64,000 nt of DNA from Octopus sinensis (GCF_006345805.1 NC_043004.1:22816001-22880000), one strand, 5' to 3'. Positions 39,699 through 53,404 are shown, counted from the first letter of the stretch. The notes: generated by a model from the letters alone, not told the origin. Made by a program: numbers and translations.

Positions 39699-39730
<32 letters not shown>

Positions 39731-39777
39731 CACATATATATATACATATATATATATATACATATAATATATATATA

Positions 39778-39820
<43 letters not shown>

Positions 39821-39827
39821 ATATATA
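39485..39827. repeat. Compound (TA)n/(TACA) microsatellite; similar tracts at 110-198, 636-693, 3878-4265, 59245-59412, 60175-60400 and 61108-61810
   Basis: Direct inspection. These tracts generate the YIYI ORFs. Confidence 0.95.
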
Positions 39828-40215
39828 CCTGAAACAACAAATATATAGAATAGTACTTCCTTTAAAAACATTTGAAATTGAAGTAAATTATTTAGTTATA
39901 TTACTTCTGTCAATAAATCGCATTTTATCCTATAATCAACAGATGTATGTGCACATCCAAACTGGTGGTTATCGAACGTCGAGTAAACTGAAACCTCTTC
40001 GGTCTTCGAAAATCTATAACCAATGATGCATGTGACCATAATTATATACTATAGTTATTTATTTTAATACTGTTTATAATCAAAACTTTTGAGATTTTCA
40101 ACACAAAAACAATACATCTTCTCAGCATTATAACGTCTTAAAATTATAATTATATAGAGTCCTGAAATTCTCTTTAAATATTTCTGTTCATGATATGTTT
40201 AATTTTTATTTTTAA

Positions 40216-40591
40216 CTAGCAGTATCGCCCGGCGTTGCTCAGGTTTGTAAGGGAAATAACTATAAAGCATTTTTAGAGAGTTATAGCCAAAAAATAGTAA
40301 AAAAATGGGAAAAAATGATGGTAAATTTTTTTTTTAGTTAAAAAAGGTGGAGTTGCGTCCCCTAGACAGTTTGTGTTTCTGATTCTGGACCCCATGTCGA
40401 ATTTATCGATTTTCTTCAGAACTGGGGGAACTTTTCAAAATTTTCGCTGCGTTAGTTTTGAATTATGACATTGGGCTATGTGTGTGTCAAGTTTCATCAG
40501 AATCGGTTGAAAGCCGTGGTCAGGGTGAAGGTACAAGCAAACAGACACACAGAAACACGCACAGACAAACTGCCGTTTATATATAGAGAGA
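40216..40591 (-). mobile_element. Non-autonomous Helitron
   Basis: Minus strand starts TC(tctctatatataaa) and ends with a GC-rich hairpin-like cctgagcaacgccggg plus CTAG. Inserted between A and T, no TSD. Confidence 0.8.
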
Positions 40592-40682
40592 TATTTCAAA
40601 GGTGTAAATTGTTATCACAAAAATCTTTTATTAAAATCCCATGTAAAAATCCCATATGTGTGTGTGTGTATGTGTGTGTTTG

Positions 40683-40772
40683 TGTAGGGAAGACACGTGG
40701 CGAAGTGACGGCGCATCGCTTACTTGAACACAATTTATTGCCAGATCATCAGGGACCTCCGTAGTCGTAACA
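40683..40772 (-). mobile_element. Possible internally deleted solo LTR
   Basis: Minus strand TGTTACG...AATAAA...CCCTACA (TG...CA ends). No TSD seen. Confidence 0.3.
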
Positions 40773-41335
40773 AATGGAATTCCAGTTATATGCATACATG
40801 TGTGTGTATGTGCGCGTATGTTTATATATATGTGTGTTAAACGTTTGCATATGGACAACGTGAAACTCAACTTTGATTCATGACACTTCATTTTGTAATA
40901 CACATTATGAAAATACATAATGTTATCAGATGCTTTATTCTAACTGCAAAGTCTATCTTTCCGCCTTTGTGTCAGAAATAATTCTTTCGACGAAAAAAGT
41001 GATGTCGTTCATTTCAGTGTCCCTTTATATCCCATACCATAGCGTTTCGGCAAACTAGAACGATGAAATATGTGACAGATTAATATGTGTACTAAGGTTG
41101 ATATGACCGGAATTATAGCAGAGAAGTGAATGGAATGTGTAACAGAACATAAAAACTAACGTGGTCTTATTCTTAGTTAAACTATAATTCAATTCCAAAT
41201 TAAGAAGAGTAACTGCAACAATAATTAAACGCAACTAGAGGACAATCCACAATAATGTGCCTGATAGGAGCCCTCTTATTCCATTGCTGCGTCAAACAGT
41301 TCTCCAGTAGAGTTTCAGTCTAACTATATCATATA

Positions 41336-41716
41336 CTAGCAGTATCGCCCGGCGTTGCTCGGGTTTGTAAGGGAAATAACTATATAAGCATTGTTAGAGA
41401 TGTAAAGTATAATAACCATCTCAATATGGCTATCCACAAAGGGGGGGGGGTACTGTAGCTTTTTACGTTCTGAGATTTAATAATACATTTTTAGAGAGTT
41501 ACTTCCCTTATATATGCCAAAAATGCATTAAAAATGTGAAAAATTGATGGTAATTTTTTTTTAATCGTAGACTCATCGTAGACGCGCGCTAATACCCAGA
41601 AAGGCTCGATATGAATCACGACTATAAGATACCCGGTTTTGGTTAAATGTGGGAGTAGTTAGGAATCTAAATCGTAGGAGACAGACAGCACACAACCTCA
41701 CTTTTATATATAAAGA
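41336..41716 (-). mobile_element. Non-autonomous Helitron, same 3' end as 40216-40591 but a different 5' part
   Basis: TC(tttatatataaaa)...cccgagcaacgccgggcgatactgCTAG, with an A|T target. Confidence 0.8.
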
Positions 41717-42424
41717 TTATCTCATTCTTGTAGATAGTAAGCGTATTTTAATTTAAAAAATCAACACTTGCATACACATGTACATATATCTACACGTACG
41801 TATATGTATACATGTTTACCTAAATATTGTGTAGTGTGTCTGTTATTTTTCCTCTTATAACTAGAACTGTATAATTCAATTTATGGTGAGACACTGTAAC
41901 TATTGTAGTAGAACTCCATTTTACAGACAAAAATATAACAGCATCCATCTAGTGCAGTAATTTCAATCTAAATTTCCTAGTATTATAAAACTATTTTTAA
42001 GCCTGCTCATATTCTCATAAAATCTTATTGATGTTTTACGCCTAATGTTATTTTAACTGTGTTTCTGTATTCGAGGAAAAATAGTTCGCTCAAAACCTAA
42101 TTTGTTTTCTGTGAATGTATAAATCAATATTTACAGTGAATCATATCAAACTAAATATTACAAATCTATTTTTCCTTTGTTGTAATTTTAACACTTTAGT
42201 GACAAGATCTTTACTACTATGACATTTTCTCAATGTACCGAATCTGCGATTCGATTGATTTCTAGCTTCTATCGATTTACTATAAAGAAGAAAAAAAATT
42301 AAACGCGTAAATTAACAATGTTGCTTCGTCTAAGTCACAGATGAAACAAGATGCAATTATTGGAATTATTAGAACAAGTTTTCTATAGTCTCTACATTTC
42401 TCTAATATTGGATACGTTTTGAAT

Positions 42425-42850
42425 CTTTCTTTTACTTGCTTTAGTCATTAGTCAGCTACCATTCTGGGACACAGTCTTGAGGATTTTAGTATAAAGAATC
42501 AACCCCAGTAATTATTTTTTAAAGCCTGATACTTATCCTAACAGTCGAATCACTATGAAATGGGGACGTAAGCAAACCAACAATGGCTATCAGGAGGCAA
42601 TGGTGAGGTCAGACACGAGGTTACAGACACAAGCATATACATATATATATGTGGACATGTGTATGTATATGTGTGTGTGTTTGTATTATACAATGAGCCT
42701 CTTTCAGTTTCCATCAACCCAGTACATTCACAATATTTTTTCGCCCTGTAATTATAGTGGAAGACTTACCCAAATTGTCACGCAGTGAGACTGAACCCAG
42801 AACGATGTGGTTAGGAAGCAAATTTCTTACCACACAGCGAGGACTGCACT
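42425..42850 (-). mobile_element. Diverged SINE family B
   Basis: Collinear with 9130-9500. Confidence 0.7.
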
Positions 42851-43789
42851 TATGAAATTATTGTTCCTATGTCGGGAACTTTAATTTGATAGGCGTTGTA
42901 TACATATTTATACTAGTGAGTGATACAATAACATCAGAATAATGATTACACCATTTAGAACTAAGTATAAATTGGCAATGCACAACAGAATTTAACATAC
43001 CTTTATTTATTTCATTTGTAAACTTGTAAACAACTCCACGAAGAACATGTAGAAAAAGGATTTAGATGACTCCGCCGAAAAGCCGGTTTGTGGTGGAGTC
43101 TGAAGGATGTCACTTACAAAAGGCCGAGTTTTGATCAAACTACACCCAGTCTCCGGGATAATAGTGTATAACAGAGGCGATAACAGGATAAAAGAGCTGA
43201 AACATCCAATGTGTTTAGCCATTGGATCTATCGGATTGAAGAGAAATAAATATATTTGTATGTACTTTTGAAAATTATAGCTGTAAGATAGAAACGAAGC
43301 GCTAAATTTTGAATGTCGATTTTGAAATCAGTTTAGATTTCTTAACATAACTGTCTTTCCTAACTTTTCTTAATCAACCGGTTAAGTTGTCAATGACACT
43401 AATTGCAATTGAAACTAATTATAGTTTAAACTAATTTACATTCTGATATCAAGCACAAGAAACCGCATAAATTCTGGCTTTATTTACTTACATGTAGGCC
43501 TAAATTAGTTCAGAAGGAAAATATAAGCTGAAATGTCTCCCAACTATAATCATGCTGAATTCGTTTTAGTATCTCGATCTACAGTTACATTGTTCAATGT
43601 TTCTTTAAAAGGAGTAAACTGAGGCCACTGTTTCTGAGAGACCGGGCGACCATGGCGGAGCGTTCCTCTTTTCCTAATATAGTTATCTCTTTTAAATTAA
43701 TATTTGATAATGTTGGCTTTCTTTAACATGCCCACGCATGTATTTCATCCTTTCTCCTTTTTAATTCTACATCTTCTTAGTCTTGTCTT

Positions 43790-43899
43790 TCTCCTCCTCC
43801 CTTTCTTGTCTCCTTCCTCTTCTCCTCCTCCCCATCTTCTTGTTCTTGCTCTTGTTGTTGTTGTTGTTGTTGTTCTTCTTCTTCTTCTTCTTCTTCTTC

Positions 43900-43943
<44 letters not shown>

Positions 43944-43953
43944 GTTATTGTTA

Positions 43954-43987
<34 letters not shown>

Positions 43988-44125
43988 AGAAATCATTATC
44001 TAATAAAGAAATCACAATCGTCATCATCCTTATCATTATTATTATTACCATCATTATTAATTTTATTATTAATTTCATTATCACGATCATCATCCTCGTT
44101 ATCATCATCATCATCGTCGTCATTA
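43790..44125. repeat. Compound trinucleotide microsatellite (CTC/GTT/CTT/ATT/ATC); similar (TAA)n tracts at 6960-7080, 7294-7443, 21908-22532, 26276-26630 and 29355-29636
   Basis: Direct inspection. Confidence 0.95.
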
Positions 44126-45589
44126 AATTACTTTTCCTTACTGACAATTATTTCTGTGAGGTATAATTTAAAAAAAGATGTTTAAATAATATTCCCATAC
44201 CTTCAGGTGATATTTTCTTTACAGATAAAAGTGAACATGCAATGGCATACAATTTTTATCTTATTTGTAGCATAATTTCCATATTAAGTAGATTTTTTAT
44301 TGAAATCTGATACCAAAACAGCATAACACTTCCTTTAAATGATATGAAATTAAAATCAATTGAAAATATGCGAAGCCACAATATTCTACTATGAAATACC
44401 CATGCATTTGCCTTGATTGCACTTTAATCTTTAGCTCTGTAGCATTCGTTGTTTCTTTAAATTACTTGATTTGAAATATTTCTTCCTATCTTTAATTCCA
44501 GAAAGATTAGAATTAAATATTGCCAACACGCAAACTAATCAATTTAAGTCTGTTTTGTGCTCACATTTATCTCCGATATCCTTTATCATTTATTTAAAAT
44601 TTTAGCCAACGCGTTCAGCAATAGCTAATGGAGCAATACAGAATGAACAGCAAAATGTTAACAAACATATTTCAATACATCTGTCTATAATTGTTAGTCC
44701 AATGTTTCACTAAATCTCTACTTAAAGAAACAAAACATTTACTTCTCAATCAGTAAATTAATGTTGACAGTATAAATATTCTCGACGTCTTATCTGTCAT
44801 TACTACTCATTAGACAATTCCTTTTCATGTAAACAGAAAATAATGAAATTTTCATTAATTAATTAATCCTGTTGACAGTAGTTGCAAGATAAGCAGTTAT
44901 GTTTAACCTCAATCTCAAAAGTGTGTCCACAAATATTCAATAATTAGAAACATTATCCATTTATATTATTGGCGGTTTTATACTTCAGACACTTATTACT
45001 TTCAACACTATAATTTTGCTTTATTTCTTTTATTTTCATTGATAATTGAAGTATGAAACCTAATGAGATTCCGTCCGGATATATAAGGTTACAAAACACT
45101 GTAGCTGTCTGAAGGATTCTCCGGAAAATATATTATGTTCTAAAATCCACTGTTTTATGTTCTCTGCCATAAGCTCTGTGAAATTTACCTAAAATTGACA
45201 AATTCTCTGTAAATTAATGGTACAAAGGTTCGACATCAATAGAATGAAACTCTGATGATTCTTCAAGTGAATAAACTTTCGCCGATTAAATTACCTAGGA
45301 ATGTTCAAAGAATATTTTTAGTTTCAAAGCATTGTTTTATTTTTGTAAAACATGTGAAGTCCATTGTCATTTAACGTAATAAATTTCAGTTATTTGTGCG
45401 TATGTGCGTGTGTATTGTGTGTGTGTGTGTGTGTGGTGTGTGTGTGTGTGTGTGTGTGTCTATTGTATGTATGCCTGTAATTAATCAGTTTCTTTCAAGA
45501 TTTCTTACCAATAGAGAAAGAACCGGTATGTGAAAATTTGTATGATTTATGTATGTATTATCATACAAATAGTTACAGATCTACACATG

Positions 45590-46740
45590 CTCATATATAT
45601 TTAAATAATAAACTTCTGGAAAGTTTTACAGAGTTTTACTGTTCCAGTGATGGATTGGATCTGTTGTCTTCGAATTAGCTTACACCTTTTTGGCTTTGAG
45701 AAGCCTAATTTATCAAGATTCGTATTTAGGCGGCGTGTTACATATCCCTGGGCCCCAATAATTACAGGTATAAACCTGAACTTGTAATCTTAATAGAGTA
45801 ACTGCCAATTTCTCAATAGTTCAGCATAGGTGTTCCCTATTTCACTGATCTTCAGCTTTATGTTAACATCCGCTCGACAGCTAATTTCCACAACTGTGCA
45901 CAGTTTCTCTTCTCTATCTCAAATCATTCTATCAGGTTTGTTGTGCTTTACATTTTATTGAGGTCTTCACTGGTACATTACACCAATATTCTGTTTCATT
46001 ATGAGTGACTATGACTTCTACCATATTATCAGCTTTTATTTCTTTGTCCTCGAGATTATACTTCCGACAGATTTCATTATAGAGTGCTCTAGCTACAACA
46101 TCATGTGTCATCGGTAAATAATACCGTGATGACATTTCCGGACAACGACTTATAATGTAGGAGATATCTTCAGTGTGAACTCTACAAAGTCTGCATCGGT
46201 TGTCACAGTTTACGGCTTTTCCTGCATCTCTCTCCCGTTTGTGCAAGAGGTACTTGGTTGAAATTTCCTGTTCCTGGATTGCAAACGCATACACTTCAAA
46301 GGGGAAGGTAGTAATCCGGCTATCCGTCCATGATAAATTGCTTTGATGATCGATGTTACTATCACCACGGTGCTTTCTATTAACACACCCATGCATAGTC
46401 GTCTGCTCATATAGGGTCATCCTTTCATGTGATGATGCGTTGTGGTAGAGTTGTGCGACTTCATTTGGCATGTATTCTAAGTTATCCGACAGAGTGTTGC
46501 TCAAGCAGCTGCCTTCCAAGTCTTATGATGTTATCAACCTCATGTATGCAAACTTGGTCATGGGATGCACTTCGACACTTGGCGGTTAAAAAATATTGCG
46601 GAAGAAATATGATGCGACTTTCAAAAGCATTTCGGATCGATGTTAAGCCTCTGCTAGAGGCGGTCTACGTCACTGTTTATGTATAAATTAAGTGTGCTTG
46701 TTAGTATTTTTGTGGGGTTCATCATCAGTGGCTCGGATCA
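45590..46740 (-). mobile_element. R4/Dong-type retrotransposon C-terminal half (CCHC knuckle plus restriction-like endonuclease), pseudogene
   Basis: EVYAFAIQEQEISTKY..CRLCRVHTEDISYIISRCPEMSSRYYLPMTHDVVA..WCNVPVKT, then (PD)RMI*DREEKLCTVVEISC and FIPVIIGAQGYV. Confidence 0.9.
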
Positions 46741-47347
46741 GTGTATTAGTCTGGTCAAATTGAAAACAGAAAGAGTGGAATGAAAGAAAAAAAGAGAAAA
46801 AGAGGAGAGAAAGAAAAAATGAAAGAGAAAGGAGGGAGAAGATTAGTAAAAATAACGGGTTTATAAAAAATAACGAATAAAAACCCTGAAGATAGGAATA
46901 AACAGAATAAAGAAAAAAGAAAACAGAAAAATTAAGATATAGATCAGTCAGTGGTCAGTGGAGATAATTTGAAAGTAGGAGTTGGGATAGTGAGAGAAAG
47001 GTATTGTAGAGTAAAAGACAGAGGAATGGGTGGGGATTAAGAGGTATAGGAATGACCAATGTGTAGCAGTATAGTTTAATTGTGGGGCAAAGGTATGAAG
47101 AATTGAGGAAATAGCAGTTCAGTGCTTGGTAATCTGAGAAAATATATATGTGAAGATGTATATACATGTATATATCAGATAAGTTACATATACAATCCTT
47201 ATATATATATATTTATATATATACCAATTAAGGACTGAACACGAAAAGGTGGACAGTCAACATGCTAGATATAGACGTCAAATCGCCATTCTCCACAAGG
47301 ATTATGTTCTCAAATAAAAATAAAAATAAAAATAAAAAATATATATA

Positions 47348-47429
<82 letters not shown>

Positions 47430-47507
47430 TGTGCTTGTTTTTGTTTTGTTTTAAAGAAATTAATATAATGCCTATCTCATACGTACATTATCTTATCTCT
47501 TTTTCAG

Positions 47508-47619
47508 TCGTTGTACTTTGTGCCAACCCAGATTCTGTTCGGGACATTATGATACAAGCTGAGGAATTGAATTTCAACAACGGGGAATATGTCTTCTTAA
47601 ATATTGATTTATTTAGCAG
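47508..47619 (+). CDS. Internal coding exon of a membrane (receptor-type) guanylyl cyclase / atrial natriuretic peptide receptor-like gene, extracellular ANF-receptor ligand-binding domain
   Basis: Polypyrimidine tract plus acceptor (tcttatctctttttcag) and consensus donor (CAG|gtaagt). 112 bp, phase 1 to phase 2. Reads xVVLCANPDSVRDIMIQAEELNFNNGEYVFLNIDLFS, matching the NPR/receptor-GC signature I(V/I)(I/L)CA.PD.VR.IM..A..L....GEYVF..I(D/E)LF. The paralog cannot be named from 37 residues. Confidence 0.9.
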
Positions 47620-48839
47620 GTAAGTAAAATGGCAACTATAACACCTTTTGCTCGCATTATTGAACAATATCGTTCCTGACAGTCTGAACTAAAACTGAGT
47701 GAAATTGATCGAATTAATAGTTCTCCAGATATTTTGTGGAATTTCTGAGAATTTTCATACATTGTGATTGATTGCATTCTTGACTAGATTATTGTTTGAG
47801 TTTATGCATACGTTACATGACAAAATCATCGGAAGTTTTGTCTATCGAAGATCTGTTGCTCTTTGAGCAGTAAAACAACTATACGAGCAGGAATATAAGT
47901 ATTTACGTTTAATAAAGTGCGATCCAACATTCATACGTTCGTTATATAAACAAATAGAACATCTACGAATTAGAGTCTAGAAAGAAATATTTTGCAACTA
48001 AATAGAAAATAAGGAAACTAATTTTCTTATGCCAATTATATATATCATTCACCTACTTTGCTTCAGTATTCTATACACTCTATATGATTGAGTATTGCTA
48101 TTTGTTATGTTGTCAACATATCATATTCAACAAATTTCAAAACATTGAAATTTCACGAAATGTTACAACAAAATTGTCCTGTCCGACAGTAAATTATCGT
48201 GATTTTAAACCGGTAAATATTCAGCTGCTAAGAGACAATTTACTGATATTCTTCGCATCATTCCAATGTGGATATATTTCGAATATGTCATTTCTTGTGC
48301 GACGTATTTAATTAGTATCAGAGATGTGTATGTTGGGCAATTGATAGATTTTCAATGTTGAAACTGAAGGAATCACAATGTGAAGAAGAAATTTTAAAGT
48401 TTTGTCGACTAATACCATCTGCATTCATTTCTTGTTGTATCAAACATGTTTTGCTATCATTTCGACTTTCTAATCCATGAAAAATATTCTAATTATCCCA
48501 TATTGAATTCATCTATCAGTATATTTTTTTCGTCTAAGTCCATTAAAAAGCTTTTTATCACCCATCTTGGCACTGCCTATCATTTAAAATTGACGATTTA
48601 GTAAATTAACTCTTTCTTCGCATCAGCATCAACAAATATACTCCAATTCTCTTTATCATGGTTAGCGAGGAGAATGAAATGCTACCGGTATTTTCCTCCG
48701 AGGTTAATTTGCCTTTCATCCTTTTTGAGTCGACGAAATAAGTACGGTTTGACGCTACGTTTGAAATAAGTCTGAAATAAGTCTGGCATCTATGTAGTCG
48801 ACGATGACACACCCACAAAATGTATAGCCTTAATAGATA

Positions 48840-49945
48840 CGCTTTTGTCAGTGCGAACACTTACATTTATCAGTCTACAAATATTTTCTTGCCGGTCTTT
48901 AATAATTATATCTGGACGATTAGCCTGCATTGTTCTGTCGGTGTTGACTGGGAAATCTCAAAGGATAGTGACATTTTTTACCTTTAACTGACTGGCTCAT
49001 TATGATGTTTATACTAGTAAACAGGTGTGCCGATTTTGTAGTGTTTACATATTTTCCAGTGTAAATACTGACCTGCCCTATCGTGGCGATTTTTGTAATC
49101 GTTTCGTGTCAGCACGGGACATTCCAAAACGAGAAGGTCTATTGTTTTGTCAAATGTGTTGCAGAATTTACATTTACGGTCAGAACGGTTTTGAAGAATG
49201 CTAGCCTGCTAGTTTCTGATAAGCAAGCTTTGATCTTGTGCCGCCAATATGAAACCGCCAGTCTCTGATTTCAGTCTTGAACTTCTCAGCTACTGACGGG
49301 CTGTTGCCTCATCTACATCAGCATTTCGACTTCGAAGAATATACTGTCCATGCAGGGGTTTCAGGCCCTACCACTCCTCAATCTGTTTCGTCCCGGTCTT
49401 TTTGCAGCCTACTTGTTCCATTTACTTGTTTGGTGGAAGTAGTTTCAGGTTCTCCATCTAATGCAGGGTTAGTGCAAAGTTCCCTTGCGACTTTGCAAGC
49501 TTCATTCACAATAGAATGTGACTTTTTGCTGCTTTCGTGTTTGCACACAAGCTGCACATCCAGTCCTCAGTACCAGATAAGTACATGTTCACTTCTATTG
49601 TAGAAATCTTATAGCACAGTCCTACCTGTATCATTTCACTTCTCCCATTACTTCTACGTAGGTACAGATGCTCAACGTTTGCTTTTGGGTGGTGCATATT
49701 CTTAGATGTCAGTAGTTTTCTTGCCTTCCTGTCTGGGTGTTGGAGGTCCGTAGGACTCCAGTTAAGGATGTTAAGACTATATTGGACTGTTGGAAGTACC
49801 AGGGTGTTAAGGGCGTTAATGCAATTTTTAGAGTTGGGGTCAGTTTTCAGTATGAGTCTCATTCTCGTGTAGTATTCCTTTGTTAATGTTTCCTTCATAG
49901 TAGTATGTTGTATACCATCTTTACATTTAACCCCATCATATCTGA
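48840..49945 (-). mobile_element. R4/Dong-type retrotransposon fragment (RT thumb to RLE), pseudogene
   Basis: KEYYTRMRLILKTDPNSKNCINALNTLVLPTVQYS..HHPKANVEHLYLRRS, PLHGQY, ETGGFILAAQDQ, CKFC..C..RHD, ANRPDIIIKD. Confidence 0.9.
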
Positions 49946-49951
49946 CTATTA

Positions 49952-50115
49952 AGGATACACGAGGCACATGCATCACGACCATATGTGGGCGACATGGTGA
50001 CCTGATATGGTAAACAGCGCATGACTTTGCAGGTAAGGCTCATGTGGAATTCTTAACAGGCCTAGTAGATCATCCCGTTTAAAAGGACCCCAAATTAAGG
50101 TTAATTAAGGATGAT
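49952..50115. mobile_element. Family D fragment abutting the R4/Dong copy
   Basis: aggcacatgcatcacgaccatatgtgggcgacatggtga is shared with 22635 and 31356. Confidence 0.65.
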
Positions 50116-50966
50116 AGACAAACCTCCAAGCGGGAGAAGTGGTAATGAATGAAATGTGTAATTTTTTTTAAACTAAGATTTTTCCTCCGTTACCTAGCCC
50201 GTCTGTAACGTTATTAGTTGAAGAGAGAACGAAAACAAAAGAGGGGAAAAGAAAAAAGAGAGAGAAGTGAATGTAAATATAAGAACGAGAGAGAAAGAGG
50301 GAGATTGCTGTGTATTAAGTCTATAAAATTGTGCATAACGTATACAAGATGTATATATAAATTGCATTAAGAAATCATTATATTCCTATTTCCTTCACGC
50401 TTCAATGAGTAGCAGATGAGCGACTATCTTTTGAAATAGGCATAACGCAGACTATGCTTCCAGGCTTTTCGGATAAAGTTTTCAGAAATAACCCTATAAT
50501 TCCATGAAATATTCACGGGTCCCGCTATTAGTTATAATTATCAGTTCGTCCTACACAGTCGAAGCATTCATGATTGATTAATCTGTGCTGTCAGTAATTT
50601 ATACCGCGATTGATATAATGGTCACTCAATTAAAATTACAATCTTTAATTATAGAATAACGAATAAATTTTAATTATTGATTTAGGCTGAAAAAGGATTA
50701 CTTCTGTTTCATTTGAAATTCGACGTGGTGGTTGATTCTTTTAGTCTTACGTTGCATCCGATCTTGTAGATTCAGGATGAAAGAGATTCCAGCTATACCG
50801 GGAAATATAAAAAGAACCTTTTTTAGTTGATCGTACTTCGATACGAAAAACACCGACAATATTCCGTCTCAATAAATCACTTCTGTCTTTGAAAGATGTT
50901 TTTTTTTTATATTTACTCCGGACTGCTTGAAGTTAACTTTCTTCCTACATATCAATCCTTGGATCT

Positions 50967-51013
<47 letters not shown>

Positions 51014-52660
51014 TGTGTGTGTGTGGTGTGTGTGTGCATGCGTGTGTGTGTATGTATGTATATATTTATGAGTATATATATATATAATTATTACATGAAC
51101 ATATGTTATTTTCTTGTTAATAGTAATTGAGCGTTTATAAGACACATGCAGCTGTTATTTTTAGCTGGTTGCTTCGCTTTATATGTGGTAGATTTAGTTG
51201 CTATTTCTAGATGCTCCGGACGTAAAACTGAAGTGTCAACAAATGATATTTAGAAATATGAATCATTTCCTTAATATCCCTCTTCTTAACACTTTTCTAT
51301 GAAAGTCATGAAAATATTGACACTGCCCATTCATATATGATAACAACGCTTGTCATTTATTTGAATACAATTGTAAATATATTTTTATTAAAAGTTCCTA
51401 TTGAATATTCCTCTCTTTCGAAAACTTTAAAATCCCAGCTCGTTCATCTTTGGTGATTATACGTAACTAATGTTATTTAAGAGGAACTTTAGGAGAAAAT
51501 TTACATTTCTAACAACTCTGTGGAATTGATAATTAACCGTTCAGATTTTTTGATAAAATTTGCCGGAAATCTTTTCACACTAACAGCAAAGTGTCAAAAT
51601 AAACACCGAACAGTTCAATAATGAGAAAAGAAGTCAATACATTATTAAACCAGAACTCTTATTTATTAATGACATAATTAATTGTCTACGTTTCAGATTG
51701 TTTTTTGAACATTCCAGTATTCCAGCATAGATAATTATCATTCTCCTCAATTCTCCCATACATCTTTCCTTACACTTTTATAATAATTCATTTCTCTGCA
51801 TAAAAAGCAATGCATCATTACCAATTTGTTGTTGTTCGTGGTGCTTCTCAGGTCCAGAACAACATTCATCCAAATCAACGTTTTATAAACAACGCCCTAC
51901 CTGGAACATCCTACACATATTTTAATGCATATTTGAGCACTACAGTGTTCAATACCTTCTTTTCTTATGGAATACAATTTGTCTCGAGCAAAACTTTAAA
52001 AGACACTTTCAACCTAAATTTAATAAAAGCAACCATTTTTTGCATTACTGTATTTTTCTTAAAGATATTTTTTCTAATTCATATGCAAGAGAAATCTAAT
52101 ACATATTCTTTCCTCGTTTCAACAAGTGTGAAGCTGTCATTTTAGTAAATTTTCCCCAAGGTTTTATTGAGCAGCTTTATCCTGCGTGGAAAGATAATGT
52201 TTCAGAAACAAGTCACATTGGCTGTTGATAATGTGACTGTCGTTAACACAAATTGCTGCAGATGCTGGCAGTGAGAATGTAAGGTATTAGATTTGAACCA
52301 AAATAGTTGTAAATAATTCAGAATGGGGGATATATATAGCATGGGAGAATAGGATGGAGTGCTGGATATACTACAGAAATTAATTTAGTATTTTTCTGAA
52401 TGTGTTGTATTTGCTGAAAAATGTGAATCAGATATGCTATGACCTTAAAAATCAGTGGATTGATAGAATTGTTGGAGCTTTACTGTAATTGACTAGGTAA
52501 GGTTGTTAACGTTCAAATCCAGCCGAAGTAAATTGTCCTTTCATCATTCCTCAGTCGATATATAAAATACAAGTAAAATACAGAAGTTCTTTCTTCCTTC
52601 TCTTTGGGCTCTTTCAAAATTATACATCGATACTATACTATATTATTATTATTATTATTA

Positions 52661-52697
<37 letters not shown>

Positions 52698-52699
52698 TT

Positions 52700-53390
52700 T
52701 GTCAAGCAGGATTTATTTACCTGTCAAGTCACGACCATGGCATCAGACAGGAAATAGTTCCCTAAAATATGCGCAGTACTTAGCAAGACTGTTGTTTTTT
52801 TTTAGTACCTCAATTTTGCATGGTATTCCCAACCACTTTAAGAAGTCTCAGTTGAATTGACTCTAATGCCCTGATTACAAGTGGTATCACTTTTACATTT
52901 CCTCTAGCATTCCAAACAATCTTGCCATCTTTATTTTCAATTCGGAGTAATTGGATATTTTTCAACCACTTTGCCCGCACTATTCATTTCATTTGGAATG
53001 GCTACATCAATGATTTTACAGTATTTATTTTTCTTGTTCAATACGCCCATGTCTAGTCGGCAATGCTCAACTAATCTATCAACCAGAATTCATAATCCCA
53101 GAATATCGTTGCTTTTCTATCTATTTGCATTACTTTACTAGGCGCAAGCTCATACTATTTTTCTGTTACTTTCTATCGGTATTTATAACATAAAAACAAA
53201 TTAAGGTGCGAACAGACTTTAACATGGAGGCGCGTTGTATTCCTTTTACATACAGCTCTTACATGCACTTAAGAAGCAGATCGCATGTTCCACATACTTT
53301 TCACACATTCTACATTTTTGGCGGTCAGAAGTTTTGTAGATATTATAATTCACAGACTAGGTAGCAATATTTGGTCCTGTCCTTTACATT
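52700..53390 (-). mobile_element. Decayed R4/Dong-type RLE C-terminus
   Basis: KYCKIIDVAIP..KVVEKY, VKVIPLVIRAL, LLSTAHIL. Ends in (TAA)n. Confidence 0.75.
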
Positions 53391-53404
53391 TCAACTCGCC
53401 AGCT

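Noticed and set aside
47429-47507. N-terminal part of the 64-aa ORF (MCLFLFCF...)
   Set aside because: Intronic read-through upstream of the splice acceptor at 47507. Only 47508-47619 is homologous to receptor guanylyl cyclases.
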